DNA of 63,782 bases, the filler included, from Chiloscyllium plagiosum (lineage: Eukaryota), in the NCBI RefSeq assembly GCF_004010195.1. It is 4 parts of one record of this genome, joined end to end, with 100 filler letters (N's around TTAATTAATTAA, not from the genome) between each part and the next. Parts side by side here need not be neighbours in the genome. Positions count along the whole stretch, not along the records: positions 32,720 to 59,562 come from NC_057711.1; positions 59,663 to 63,782 come from NC_057711.1; 2 more parts are not named here. One strand, 5' to 3'. Made by a program: the position numbers and the translations under genes. Shown here piece by piece: positions 51,055 to 63,005 of this stretch (positions within the stretch are counted from its first letter, which is position 1; every line of letters starts with the position of its first letter). The notes under the pieces are model-generated. The model was not told where the DNA came from and ran no database searches. It worked only from the letters and a program-made list of their open reading frames with translations.

Positions 51055-52717
51055 CATTTCATCCACACCCTGCATCGCAATTTCCCTTCTCATGTGGATG
51101 AAGATGCCCTCCAACGCATCTCATCCACATCCCACACCTCCGTCCTCAAACCCCACCCCTCCAACCATAAAAAGAACTGAACCCCCCGGTCCTCATTTTC
51201 CACCCTACCAACCTTCGCATTAACCATATCATCTACCGAAATTTCCGCTACCTCCAAATGGACTCCAACACCAGAGATATATTTCCCTCCCCACCCCTTT
51301 CCACTTTCTGCAAAGACCATTCCGTCCATGACTACCTGGTCAGGTCCACACCCCCCAACAAACCACCCTCCTGTCCTGGCACCCTCTCCTACCACTGCAG
51401 GAATTGCAAAGCCTGCGCCCACACCACCTCCGTCACCACCATCCAAGGCCCCAAAGGAGCCTTCCACATCTATCAAAGTTTCACTTGTACATCCACCAAT
51501 GTCATTTATTGTATCTGTTGCTCCCGATGTAGAATCCTCTACATTGGGGAGATTGGACGCTTCCTCGCAGAGTGCTTCAGGGAACATCTCTGGGACATCC
51601 GCACCAATCAACCCCACCGCCCCGTGGCCCAACATTTCAACTCATCTCTGCCGAGGACATGGAGGTCCTGGGCCTCCTCCACTACCGCACCCTCACCACC
51701 CGACGCCTGGAGGAAGAACACCTTATCTTCCACCTCGGAACACTTCAACCCTAGTACTTCACCAGTTTCCTCATTCCCCCTCCTCCCACCTTACCTCATT
51801 TCCAACCTTCCAGCTCAACACTGTCCTCATGACCTGTCCCATCTGCCAATCTCCCTTCCCAGCTATCCACTCCACCCTCCTCTCTGACCNNNNNNNNNNN
51901 NNNNNNNNNNNNNNNNNNNNNNNNNNNNNNNNNNNNNNNNNNNNNNNNNNNNNNNNNNNNNNNNNNNNNNNNNNNNNNNNNNNNNNNNNNNNNNNNNNNN
52001 NNNNNNNNNNNNNNNNNNNNNNNNNNNNNNNNNNNNNNNNNNNNNNNNNNNNNNNNNNNNNNNNNNNNNNNNNNNNNNNNNNNNNNNNNNNNNNNNNNNN
52101 NNNNNNNNNNNNNNNNNNNNNNNNNNNNNNNNNNNNNNNNNNNNNNNNNNNNNNNNNNNNNNNNNNNNNNNNNNNNNNNNNNNNNNNNNNNNNNNNNNNN
52201 NNNNNNNNNNNNNNNNNNNNNNNNNNNNNNNNNNNNNNNNNNNNNNNNNNNNNNNNNNNNNNNNNNNNNNNNNNNNNNNNNNNNNNNNNNNNNNNNNNNN
52301 NNNNNNNNNNNNNNNNNNNNNNNNNNNNNNNNNNNNNNNNNNNNNNNNNNNNNNNNNNNNNNNNNNNNNNNNNNNNNNNNNNNNNNNNNNNNNNNNNNNN
52401 NNNNNNNNNNNNNNNNNNNNNNNNNNNNNNNNNNNNNNNNNNNNNNNNNNNNNNNNNNNNNNNNNNNNNNNNNNNNNNNNNNNNNNNNNNNNNNNNNNNN
52501 NNNNNNNNNNNNNNNNNNNNNNNNNNNNNNNNNNNNNNNNNNNNNNNNNNNNNNNNNNNNTCCACTCTGGAGGCTCCCTGCCTCTATTCCTGTTGAAGGG
52601 CTTTTGCCTGAAACATCGATTTTCCTGTTCCTCAGATGCTGCCTGACCTGCTGTGCTTTTCCAGCACCACTCTGATCTAAACTCTGGTTTCCAGCATCTG
52701 CAGTCCTCACTTTTACC
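51055..52717 (+). mobile_element. Penelope-like family 1, 3' part (GIY-YIG plus pLTR), nested in a minus-strand CR1 fragment (about 50655-53000)
   Basis: ORF 51258-51887: C..C zinc motifs and FTCTSTNVIYCICCSRC.ILYIGEIGR.L.E.F.EH. Imperfect flanking duplication ctaat(t/c)tcttcata. Contains a gap. Confidence 0.88.
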
Positions 52718-53024
52718 TAATCTCTTCATATGCCTGACCTGCCATCCCAGTCTGGTAAACCTTGGTTGCACTCCCTCCATTGCCAGAACATCCTTCCTCA
52801 GACATGGAGACCAAAACTGTGCACAGTACTCAGTGTGATCTCACCAAGGCCCTGTATAATTGCAGAGGACATCCTGCTCCTGTACTGGAATCTTCTCTCT
52901 GTGAAAGCTATCATATTATTTACCACCTTCCTCCTTCAGCAACTGGTCAACATGGACACTCAGGTCTCATCATCTATTTAAATTCAGATAATAATCTGCC
53001 TTCCCGTTTTTGCTACCAAATAAT

Positions 53025-53655
53025 AGTCATAGGGATATACAGCACAGAAACAGACCCTTTGGTCCAACTTGTCCATGCTAACCAAATATTCTAGTCCCAT
53101 TTACCATAATTTGGCCCTTATCCCTCTAATCCCTTTTATTCATATACCCATCCTGATGGCCTTTTAAATGTTGTCATTGTACCAGCATCCACCACTTCCT
53201 CTGGTAGCTCATTCCATGCAGGCACCACGCACTACATGAAGAAGTTGTCTTATGGCCCTTTTAAATCTGTCCTCTCTCACGTTAATTCTTATGCCCTCTA
53301 GTTTTGGACTCCCCCACCCCAGGGAAAAAAACCTTGTCTATTTATCCTATCCATGCTCATAATTTTATAAACCTCTGTAAGGTCACCCCTTATCCTCCAG
53401 TGCTCCAGGGAAGGTAGCCCCAGCCTGTTCAGCCCTTCCCTATAAATCAAACCCTCCAACCCTGGCAACATCCTTGTAAATCTTTTCTGAACTCTTTAAA
53501 GTTTCACAACATCATATCTTGAGCAGGGAGACCAAAACTGAACATAGTATTCCAGGAGTGGCCTAACTAATGTCCTGTATGTCCTGTAATATGACATCCC
53601 AACTTCAATGCACTGACAAATAAAGGAAAGCATACTAAATGTCTTCTTCACTTTT
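53025..53655 (-). mobile_element. CR1 3' fragment
   Basis: Reverse complement of the family at 6570-7232. Confidence 0.8.
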
Positions 53656-53809
53656 TTATTCTCAGTAACTTTTCTTAGATGATGCAGTCACGTCATAACA
53701 CAAATACAGAAGGTAATGTTGAGTTTTTTTTTTAACCAAGGTTTACTTGTTTAAATAGATAGCATAAATATCAAAGGTTGCACATATTGAGGCCCCAATT
53801 TGTGGCATA

Positions 53810-54108
53810 CCATAGGATCCCTACAGTGTGTAAACATGCCATTCAGCCCAAGCCCATACCAACTCTCCAAAGAGCATCCCACCCAAACTCACCCCCTACC
53901 CTATCACTGTAACCCTGCATTCCACATAGCTAACCCACACATCCCTGGACACTATGGGAAATTTAGCATAGCCAATCCACCTAACCTGCACATCTTTGGA
54001 CTGTGGGAGGAAACCCAGTAAGGCACAGGGAGAACATGCAAACTTCACATAGACAATTGCCCAAGGCTGTGAGGTAGCATTGCTAACTATTGAGCCATCG
54101 TGCCACCC
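53810..54108 (-). mobile_element. HE1/V-SINE
   Basis: V-domain on the minus strand. Confidence 0.75.
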
Positions 54109-54753
54109 CAGAAGTAGCCATTTGTTATGTCCCTTCTGCCTATCAGAGAATCTACCCATTATTCATACTTGATATCTTGTTGCAGCCAATTTCTTAACTG
54201 AGTCAACTTAACTGCCTTCAATTTCACGAACCTCAATTTTAATTAAGTGTCTGTTATGAGACTTTATCAGATACCTTCTGGAAGTTCATTTAAGTAGCAT
54301 TCATAGAGATTACTCTGACCACTCCTTTAATCTCTTCAGCAAAAAAAACATTAAGGTTTTTCAGGCATGATCTTCATTTACAATCTCTGATCAGCTGCAA
54401 TACTTCAGGGGGTTCAGACACTTTCCCCTGAAGTTCCTCGACTTGATATTGGTTTCTGCAATGTTAACCGAAGGAATGCTGGGATTCTCTGATGCCCCTG
54501 AACTTGGGAGGAAGGATTGGAACCAGCTTGATCCAATTCCTGTTATGAAACACTGGGATAAATTGTTTTATAATGTATTCATGGGATTTGGGCATCACTA
54601 GCTGGGCCAACGTTTATTATCCATCCCTAGCTGCCTTTGAGAAGGTGACGGTGAGCTGCCTTCTTAAACCACTGCAGTCCACTTGCTGTAGTTCTACCCA
54701 CAATGCTGTTAGAGCAAGAGTTCCAGGATTTTGACCAAGTGACACTGAAGGAG

Positions 54754-54956
54754 TGGTGAGTATTTCCAAGTCAGGATTGTGAACAGAACAACTTGAACAG
54801 GAAATACCTGAAGCATATAGCAGGTTAATCAACATTGTTCCATCCATTTTCCAAAGGAATGGTGAGTATTTCCAAGTCAGGATGGTGAACATACCAACTT
54901 GAACAGGAAATACCTGAAGCACATAGCAGTTAATCAACATTGTTCCATCCATTTTC
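54754..54956. repeat. Tandem duplication, about 106-bp period
   Basis: tggtgagtatttccaagtcagga..aacttgaacaggaaatacctgaagc..ttccatccattttc occurs twice with a few differences. Confidence 0.85.
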
Positions 54957-55115
54957 TCCACAGATGCTAAGTATCTTTGCTATGTACTGTATTTCCAACA
55001 TGTTCATTGGTAAACAACATTTTTCTGCTGTTGTAAAACATACTTTAATACTTACACATGCACACTAAACCAATTTTAGCTGAATTTGAATTAGCTTATT
55101 GTCACATATATTGGT

Positions 55116-55420
55116 GGGCGGCACGGTGGCACAGTGGTTACCTTACAGCGCCTGAGACCCGGGTTCAATTCCCGCCTCAGGCGACTGACTGTGTGGAGTT
55201 TGCACATTCTCCCCGTGTTTGCGTGGGTTTCCTCCGGGTGCTCCGTTTCCTCCCACAGTCCAAAGATGTGCAGGTCAGGTGAATTGGCCATGCTAAATTG
55301 CCCGTAGTGTTAGGTAAGAGGTAAATGTAGGGGTGGGTTGCGCTTCGGCGGGTTGGTGTGGACTTGTTGGGCTGAAGGGCCTGTTTCCACACTGTAATGT
55401 AATGTAATCTAATCTAAAAA
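55116..55420 (+). mobile_element. HE1/V-SINE, near full length and young
   Basis: gggcggcacggtggcacagtggtta..ggttcaattcc tRNA head, V-domain and (taatc)n tail. Confidence 0.9.
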
Positions 55421-57000
55421 ATTCATGTGAATACAGTGAAAAGTTTACAAATAGTCACTTACGGCGCCATCTTAGGTGTACAGGTACAAATTCTTAGGAA
55501 AAAGCACAGGAAAAAGTAAAGAAATAAAAAGTCCAGCATTACAGAAATTCAAAAGTTCAAAATCATGGTAATAAATTAGAAAAATGAAGAAATAAAAAGT
55601 TCAGAATGACAGTGCTTCTACCATAATATAATAAAGGAAAAAAGAAGTTTTTTAAAAAACTGAATATAAGACATTGCCTACTTAGTCCATTTCACAGCTC
55701 TGGGCTTGAGAACCTGACCTTCCTGTTGGAATCTGACCCATCACGATGCTGAAGAAAACGCCGAATTGTGTCACAAACTAACTAAAACTGCCATAAGGTG
55801 ACCCAGACTGATGCCGAAAAGAACAGCCACCAATGCTGCCAAAAGGACACCCAGGTCGCCGATGAAGCCGCCTAAAGGAATCCTAGGCCGGACCAGACCA
55901 GCCATGCCAATGCGAAGACACTGCTGAAGCCTCAAAGAAATCCCAGGCCATTGGAATCCCAGGCCCAGACCCACCTCGTCTTCAGCCAAATGTTCCAATA
56001 CAACATAGAACATATAACAATTAGCTACACCAGTTATGGGACTCTAAGTCAGTTTTGTATTGTTAAATAAATTGTAATTATGTTCATTATTTTTATTTCC
56101 TGACAAAATACACCCTAAAAGATACAATATGTCTGAATGATAACTCCTAATTATATCTTTAAGGCAAATCTAATCACAACTTGCTTTATATCATTAAGAT
56201 TGCCTTACATTATATTAGTTTTGTTCCACTGAAGTTTTTTTCATCTATGGACAAGGGTAACAAATAGATCAAAGGGTTATATTCTGCTTGAAATCTCCAT
56301 TATCTATCCACAAATTTCCCTTCCTATCCACCTTGTATACAATCCAGGCAGACATTCTCTACATTTTGAATGCCTTAAATATTCCTTTGTGAAATCTTAT
56401 TTTTCATGAAACAGCTCAAAAGTTTCACTTATATCTGACAGCTGAGGGACAGCACAATGACTTTAAGTTGCCCCCCTCATTCTTTGCTAAGATCTTGCTG
56501 TTACCTGGAGACTAAAACTGGATGCACCATGCCTGTAAACAAGTTTTGGAACCTCATAGTCTGGGGTTCTAAAAAAATTAACTCTCATTTACTAGCCAAA
56601 AGAGTGGCACAACCAGATTTAAATTTAAGCTGATCACTATCAAAAACTAAAAAAAAAGTTAATTGACTAAACACTATATTTAGAGGCATCTTGCATTTTA
56701 AATCATAGAACAGAGCTTTTTACACAACAGAAAAATCCACTATTAGGAATTCAATACACTGTCCTTTAAGTATATATTTATTTCCTGCAGAATAAGTCCA
56801 AAACAATTCCTATCACCTGAAGATTTGTGTCCAAACTGTTCTTTCTGATTCTGGAAATTTTTATAGGGAATTCGCCTGGATACTTCTCACTCTCACTAGA
56901 GCTGGGCAAATATTCCAACTTTATCTCTTCATAGAGGCAGAGATGTGCATGGTTTTTATATTTTCAATCTGTGTATGTGCTTTTACCCACAAGCTAGCAC

Positions 57001-58135
57001 TATGAAGCAATAAGACTTTTGCCCGAAATGTCGATGTTACTGCTCCTCGGATGCTGCCTAAACTGCTGTGCTCTTCCAGCACCACTAATCCAGAATGTTG
57101 TGCACCTCATACGATGCAGGCAAGGATGCCCTGAGGCATGGTACATTGGCGAGACTGAGCAGAGGTGACAGCAACAGATGAAAGGACACTGCACAACAAT
57201 CAACACACAGGAGTGTTCTCTCTCAGTCAGAGAACACTTCAGCAGTCCGGGACACTCGACCTCGGACCTTCGGGTGAATGTCCTCCAAGGTGGACTTCAG
57301 GACAGGCAACAACGCAAAGTTGCTGAGCAGAGGCTGAGAGCCAAGTTCGGTACCCATGGGGATGGCATCAACCGGGACCTTGGGTTCATGTCATGCTAGA
57401 GGTGACTCCACTGCACGACACACAGACAGACACACCGACAGACGCACACTCACAGGACAGACAAACACATCTACAGACACACACACTCCTACAGACCCAT
57501 GCACTCACGCAGACCCTCTCTCATACGCTCACACATACACTCCCACCCTCTCACAGACTTATACCCCTTTACACTCACACACATACACACACTCCCTCAC
57601 AGACACTCATAAATCCCCCACACATGTAAGTTTGTGGGGTGAATTTGTACTTGCAGAATTACATTTTATTTTGCTCAAAAGCTGCATGAATCCATGTAAG
57701 ATTCTGTAAATCCCTGTTTTAGATTAGAATCAGTCTGAACATTGTGGCACAGACAGTCTCACACAGGGCACCTCACACCTTAAATGCAATATCTGGACCA
57801 ACATGACACCAATTGTTAAAGTTCACTTGAGAACGCAACTTTAAAAAAGTTCTGCGATTTACTTATGAAAGAACTGAAACCAATGTTCGTTCTAAAAGAT
57901 GAGAGACTTAACAAACAATCCAAGTGTTTTTCCAATATATAACTTCAGTTACATCACACTGTAATCTTTTGCTATAAATTCCACGTTTTACGATCTTATA
58001 CTCCACAACCACCTGATGAAGGAGCAGTGTTCCAAAAGCTTGTGCTTCCAAGTAAATCTGTTGGACAATAACCTGGTGCTGTGTGATTTTTAACTTTGTA
58101 CACACAGTCCAATACTGGTATCTTCAAATCCTGGC
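57001..58135 (+). mobile_element. Family-1 pLTR fragment (57001-57095) abutting Penelope family-2 GIY-YIG plus pLTR
   Basis: NVVHLIRCRQGCPEAWYIGETEQ.. GIY-YIG. Degenerate hammerhead cac CTGATGA a ggagcagtgttcc AAA AGCT T gtg at 58010-58044. Confidence 0.85.
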
Positions 58136-58204
58136 TATGAAATACAGTGATGCTTTCTGAAAGCCTGTAACCCAGTTCTGTCATTGTTTCCTCTCGTTTC
58201 ACTT

Positions 58205-58300
58205 CAATTCTGAAGGGTCAGCAGACCCAAAACGTTAACTCTGATTTCTCTTTGCAGATACTGCCAGACCTGCTGAGCTTTTCCAGCAATTTCTATTTAT
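58205..58300 (+). mobile_element. Penelope-like family-3 pLTR fragment
   Basis: ctga agggtc agca gaccc aaa acgt t aac..ctgccagacctgctgag, related to 24910-25076. Confidence 0.6.
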
Positions 58301-58649
58301 GATCATTTCGGATGGATTGGATTTAATGAACAGGGTAGCTCCAGCATTTTGCTGTTATTGGGGGAAAGTATGCTAATTAGCATAATCATACACCGTTTCG
58401 ACGTTTCTCAAACCTGCCTTTGTTGATTTTGCTCAAGGCCAGAAATAGATGAGAATGGAAACGCCCATCTGCTATAATGAAACAGACAAACAAATGACCT
58501 GTCATTATCATTCAGTTGTCACAACTGTAAAAGGACTACTACATCCTCCACTTATATAGTGCTATCTTCTCACTGAATTAACGAGGCATTCTGAAGACCT
58601 GCTTACTAGGCTACCAACGGAGGACATTAGTTTCTCTTCAATCTAAACC

Positions 58650-59151
58650 GCCTAGGGGAAAGTCCCCGGACCCATGGCAGAGAGTGTCCCGCTGTAAAGC
58701 GGTACCCTTCTGCAACCTCCGCATTGAAAGCGCTAAGATGTTCTCCACGACGGAGCGCGCGGGCGCAGTTGGGGCAACCGTCTCAGTCGGAAGTGACGCA
58801 GGTAATGTACAGGGTACATCAACAGCACGGGGCTCATTCTCAGAATGTCAACTTTTTAACGGCCGTCTCCATGGTCACCAACCGTCAGAGGTGACATCGA
58901 CGCCCTTCCTGCGCAGTTTTATCTTTCTACTTCAAAAGCAAACTTCGAAACAAAGATCTTTTCCTTCCGACGACCTGGCTGTAAGTCGCCAACGGAGTAT
59001 GGGTATACGATCGTTTCGAATTAAAAAACACCAAGAAGCTCGGCCGAGGTCACGTGACGCGGGGCGCGCATGCGCGGAGCGGAGCCAGGCCCACACCGGA
59101 GCCCGGACGCTGGAGTTTGTTTGGAGAGTTTACCGGGCGGTCGCCAGCACA
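58650..59151 (+). promoter_or_regulatory. CpG-island promoter/5' UTR of the ING-family gene
   Basis: Sharp rise in CpG density. ETS/CRE-like CGGAAGTGACGCA at 58788-58800, RFX-like GTCTCCATGGTCAC at 58865-58878, E-box GTCACGTGAC at 59049-59058 and NRF1 GCGCATGCGC at 59066-59075, all upstream of the ATG at 59152. Confidence 0.8.
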
Positions 59152-59287
59152 ATGCTGGGGCTCGGCCAGTGTCCCAAGGCCCGGCTCTCCGTCTACGTAG
59201 AGGACTATTTAGAGAGTGTAGAAGCATTGCCGTTGGAGCTGCAGCGGAGCGTCTCCAGACTGAGGGAGATCGACACCCGGTACCGAG
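59152..59287 (+). CDS. ING2: Inhibitor of growth (ING1/ING2 family) coding exon 1; ING2-like by synteny
   Basis: MLGLGQCPKARLSVYVEDYLESVEALPLELQRSVSRLREIDTRYR matches the ING1/2 N-terminus (YVEDYL..E.LP.D.QR.VS..RE.D..Y). It is 136 bp and ends at a phase-1 donor G|gtgaga. It lies in a CpG island downstream of CDKN2AIP on the same strand. Family call is strong, the ING2 symbol less so. Exon 2 (PHD finger) is not seen in the window. Confidence 0.8.
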
Positions 59288-59306
59288 GTGAGACAGGCAG
59301 GGAGGG

Positions 59307-59516
59307 CTGGCTGAGTTCACAGGGAGCTGCTGCTGCGGCGGCCGAGAGGGACGGAGGGAGGGATGGTGAGGGTGGCGCAAAGAACGGGATGCTTCGATTT
59401 TTTACATCGTCCTGGCTGAGTTCACAGGGAGCTGCTGCTGCGGCGGCCGAGAGGGACGGAGGGAGGGATGGTGAGGGTGGCGCAAAGAACGGGATGCTTC
59501 GATTTTTTACATCGTC
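59307..59516. repeat. Perfect 105-bp tandem duplication in ING intron 1
   Basis: 59307-59411 equals 59412-59516; adjacent to an assembly gap. Confidence 0.9.
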
Positions 59517-59662
59517 CACCCCTTGCCCCCACCTCTCTTCCCCCACCCCCACCTCTCTTCCCNNNNNNNNNNNNNNNNNNNNNNNNNNNNNNNNNNNNNN
59601 NNNNNNTTAATTAATTAANNNNNNNNNNNNNNNNNNNNNNNNNNNNNNNNNNNNNNNNNNNN

Positions 59663-60170
59663 CCAGCTACCTCTGTTCTCTGGCGTAACTATGTCCCTGT
59701 AGCTTCTATCTATCACTCTCTCAGCCTCTCGAATAATCCTCAGTTCATCCAACTCCAGCTCCAGTTCCCCAAGGTGGTCTGTGAGGAGCTGGAGCTGGCT
59801 GCACTTCCTGCAGGTGAAGTCGGCAGGAGCATCGGTGGTCACCCCTACCTCACACATCCTGCAGGAGGAACATTCCACTGCCTGCGCTGCCATAACTCTA
59901 CACTTAGTCTCCAAAACAAGAACACTAAGTAGTTTACCTGTTCAGCCGACTGAATCCTTTAGGTTAGAGGAGGAGGGAGGGTGGGAGACACTACACGTGT
60001 AGTGTCTCGGGTTACTTCTCCACTCAAACGTCTTACCTTCCCAGAAGCCTCTGTTGACAACTTCGGGTTCCCGCTCCTAGTTGAAAACAAACACAGACTG
60101 CGAAAAGAAAAACATTAATTTAAACTGTTCTCCGCTTACCTTCCGGCTCCCCTCTCTGTGCGCCTGCTGT
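59663..60170 (-). mobile_element. CR1 LINE 5' end (ORF1 zinc-finger and coiled coil)
   Basis: MAAQAVECSSCRMCEV..FTCRKCSQLQLL..LELELDELRIIRE matches the CR1 ORF1 N-terminus. Confidence 0.8.
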
Positions 60171-60620
60171 AGCACTGAGGATTCTCTAATCTATCCGTAT
60201 CACGAAAGTCCATAATGCTTAGAATAATTCTTGTGAATATTTTCACTTCTTCTCCAATGCTTTCACATTCTTCATGAACTGCAGTGGCTAGCATTTAACA
60301 AACACTCCAGTTGAGGACAAGCCAGTGGAGGGTAGAAGATTATAGCCAGTGTTTCCATAATATCCACCCATGCTTCCCTCAGTATTCTCAGATACACACC
60401 AATACAAACCAGGAAAGGCTTAGTATAACTTTTACATTTGAAATTTGGTTAATCCTTGCTTTAATTAAATTTCACCTGCAATGTGCCTGTTCAGCCCACT
60501 GACCTATCTATGCCCCTCTGGTGATCACTTCCTTCTTTTCATTTCACCATACGCCTAAATTCTGAAATTGTTCCCTTTGAACCCAAGTCTAGGATAACAA
60601 TGCCAATCAAGAAAAGTAGT

Positions 60621-60912
60621 GACGGCACGGTGGCACTGTGGTTAGCACTGCTGCCTCACAGCGCCAGAGACCCAGGTTCAATTCCTGCCTCAGGCGACTG
60701 ACTGTGTGGACCCGTGTCTGCGTGGGTTTCCTCCGGGTGCTCCAGTTTCCTCCCACAGTCCAAAGATATGCAGGTTAGAATTGGCCATACTAAATTGCCC
60801 GTAGTGTTAGGTAAGGGGTAAATGTAGGGGTATGGGTGGGTTGCGGGTCAGTGTGGACTTGTTGGGCCGAAGGGCCTGTTTCCACACTGTAATGTAATCT
60901 AATCTAATCTAA
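60621..60912 (+). mobile_element. HE1/V-SINE
   Basis: Same family as 55116-55420. Confidence 0.88.
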
Positions 60913-61789
60913 TAATGGTCCCTGGGAATCCTCTTCCTCCAACTGATAAACAACCATCCGCCACTTTTCTATGTTCCCTGTTGCTCACTCAAATTAGCAT
61001 TGATGCAGTCACATCTTTTTCGTATTAGAAAAGCTTCAAGTTTATTTGCTTAGCTATGTTCATCAGATGGATGTTGATAAAAGATCTAAGGTGTACTGTG
61101 CAGTAAAATAACCACTGAGTGACAATCTCCTGAGCGTCCATACCTCTACAAAGATATCTGCAACTAAGATATGAAAGTGGCAAGTTGATACGGACAAATA
61201 AGAGGCAATTACTGATGGCTGTGACCTTTGGAAGCTGACTGTTTAAAGGAGAATTCGAAGACGTGAAGAGAAACACAAAATTTAGCTGGTCAAGAAAAGG
61301 GCCTAGAGAAAGTAAAGGCCAGTGAATTGTTCACCTTCTGAGCCACTGTTGCTCTGGAGGCACATTAGGCAATGCTTAGCACAGATTTTACCACAAGGCA
61401 CAAGTCATCCTCTTATAATACAAACAGCTGTCACCAAATTTGCTGATATGCCTTTACATGATACTTTATCAAATGAATTTTGAAGGTCTGTGCACACCAC
61501 ATCAACTGTATTAATCTCATCAATCCTCTTTGCTCCCACACCAAGAAACTCAATCAAATTAGTTGATCATAATTTGTCTCTAATTTATCTGTTTGACATT
61601 CCTTAATTACTGCACATTTGTCCAAGTGATTAAGTTTGTCTCAGATTATCATTTCTGAAAACATTCCCACCACCATTGTTAGCCTGGGTTAAGCCTAACA
61701 TCCTTCCTTAGAACAATAGCATAACAATTGCATTTTTCAAACCCCTCGGCATGTCCCCCCGTATGTAAACAGAATCGGAAGATTATAAG

Positions 61790-62770
61790 AACATAAGTGA
61801 AAAGAGCAAAGGTAAGCCATCTGGCCCCCCAAGCCTGCTCTGCCATTCAACAAGATCATGGCTGATTTTTTTCATGAAGCATGCTCCACTTACTCATCTG
61901 CTCACTATAACCCTTAATTCCTTTATTGTTCAAAAATCTATCTATCCATGCCTTAAAAAGCATCAACTGCTTCACTGGTAGGGAATTCCACAGATTCATA
62001 ATCTTTTGGGTGAAGAGGTTCCTCCTCAACTCAGTCTCTGGTCTACTCCACTTTATTTTGAGACTATGTCCCCTAGTTCTAGTTTCACCCGGCAGTGGAA
62101 ATAACCTCCCAGTCTCTATCTTATCCCTTTATAAATTTATATACTTCGATAAGACCCCCGCTCCTCCCCCATTCTTCTAAATTCCAATGAATATAGTTTC
62201 AGACTACTCAATCTCTCCTCATAAGGTAACCCTCTCAAATCCAGAATCAACCCAGTGAACCTTCTCTGCATCCCCTCCAGTGCCAGTACATTCTTTCTCA
62301 AGTAAGGTAACCAAAACTGTACACAGTATTCCAGGTGTGGCCTCACCAGCACTCCATACAGCTGCAACACAACCTCCCTGCTTTTCAACTCCATCCCTCT
62401 AGCAATAAAGGAGAATATTTCATTTGCCTTCTTGATTATCTGCTGCACCTGCAAGCCAACCTTTTGTGTTTCATGTACAAGGGTACCAAGGTCCCTCTGC
62501 ACAGCAACATGCTGCAATTTTTCACCATTTAAATAATAGTCCTTTTTGCTGTTATGCCTACCAAAATGGATGACCTCAAATTACCAACATTGTACTCCAT
62601 CTGCCAGACCCTTGCCCACTCACTTAACCTATCGATATCCTTCTACAGGCTTTTAGTGTCCTCTGCATACTTGCTCTACCACTCATCTTAGCGTCATATG
62701 TGAACTTTGACACACTACTCTTGGTCCCCAATTCACAGCTATTTATGTAAATTGCAAGCAATTAAGGTCC
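61790..62770 (-). mobile_element. CR1 RT C-terminal and 3' fragment
   Basis: ORF 62137-62517: QRDLG..LYGVLVRPHLEYCVQFW..QRRFT. Confidence 0.88.
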
Positions 62771-62778
62771 CAATTATA

Positions 62779-63005
62779 GTCTAGATTAGAGTGGTGTTGG
62801 AAAAGCACAGCAGGTCAGGCAGCATCCAAGGAGCAGGAAAACTGACCTTTCGGGCAAAAGCCCTTCATCATTCTTGATGAAGGGCTTTTGCCCGAAATGT
62901 CGATTTTCCTGCTCCTCGAATGCTGCCTGACCTGCTGTGCTTTTCCAGCACCACTCTAATCTAGACGTTGATTTCCAGCATCTGCAGTCCTCAGTTTTGC
63001 CCAGA
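62779..63005. mobile_element. Fold-back Penelope family-1 pLTR insertion
   Basis: Inverted arms meeting at the hammerhead cores; TSD gtcccaattata (62767-62778 and 63006-63017). Confidence 0.8.

Noticed and set aside
51328..52780. Long ORFs of 260-420 aa (also 35956-36762)
   Set aside because: Inflated by N runs and by alternative frames of Penelope elements.
55116..55190. tRNA gene
   Set aside because: It is the tRNA-derived head of an HE1/V-SINE, continuous with the SINE body.
58684..59610. 308-aa ORF as a full protein
   Set aside because: GC-rich read-through of promoter, exon 1, duplicated intron sequence and gap. Only 59152-59287 is ING-like.
1..63005. Recurrent palindromic units as a CRISPR-like array or terminators
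   Set aside because: They are dispersed, have TSDs and attach to GIY-YIG ORFs, so they are Penelope terminal repeats in eukaryotic DNA.
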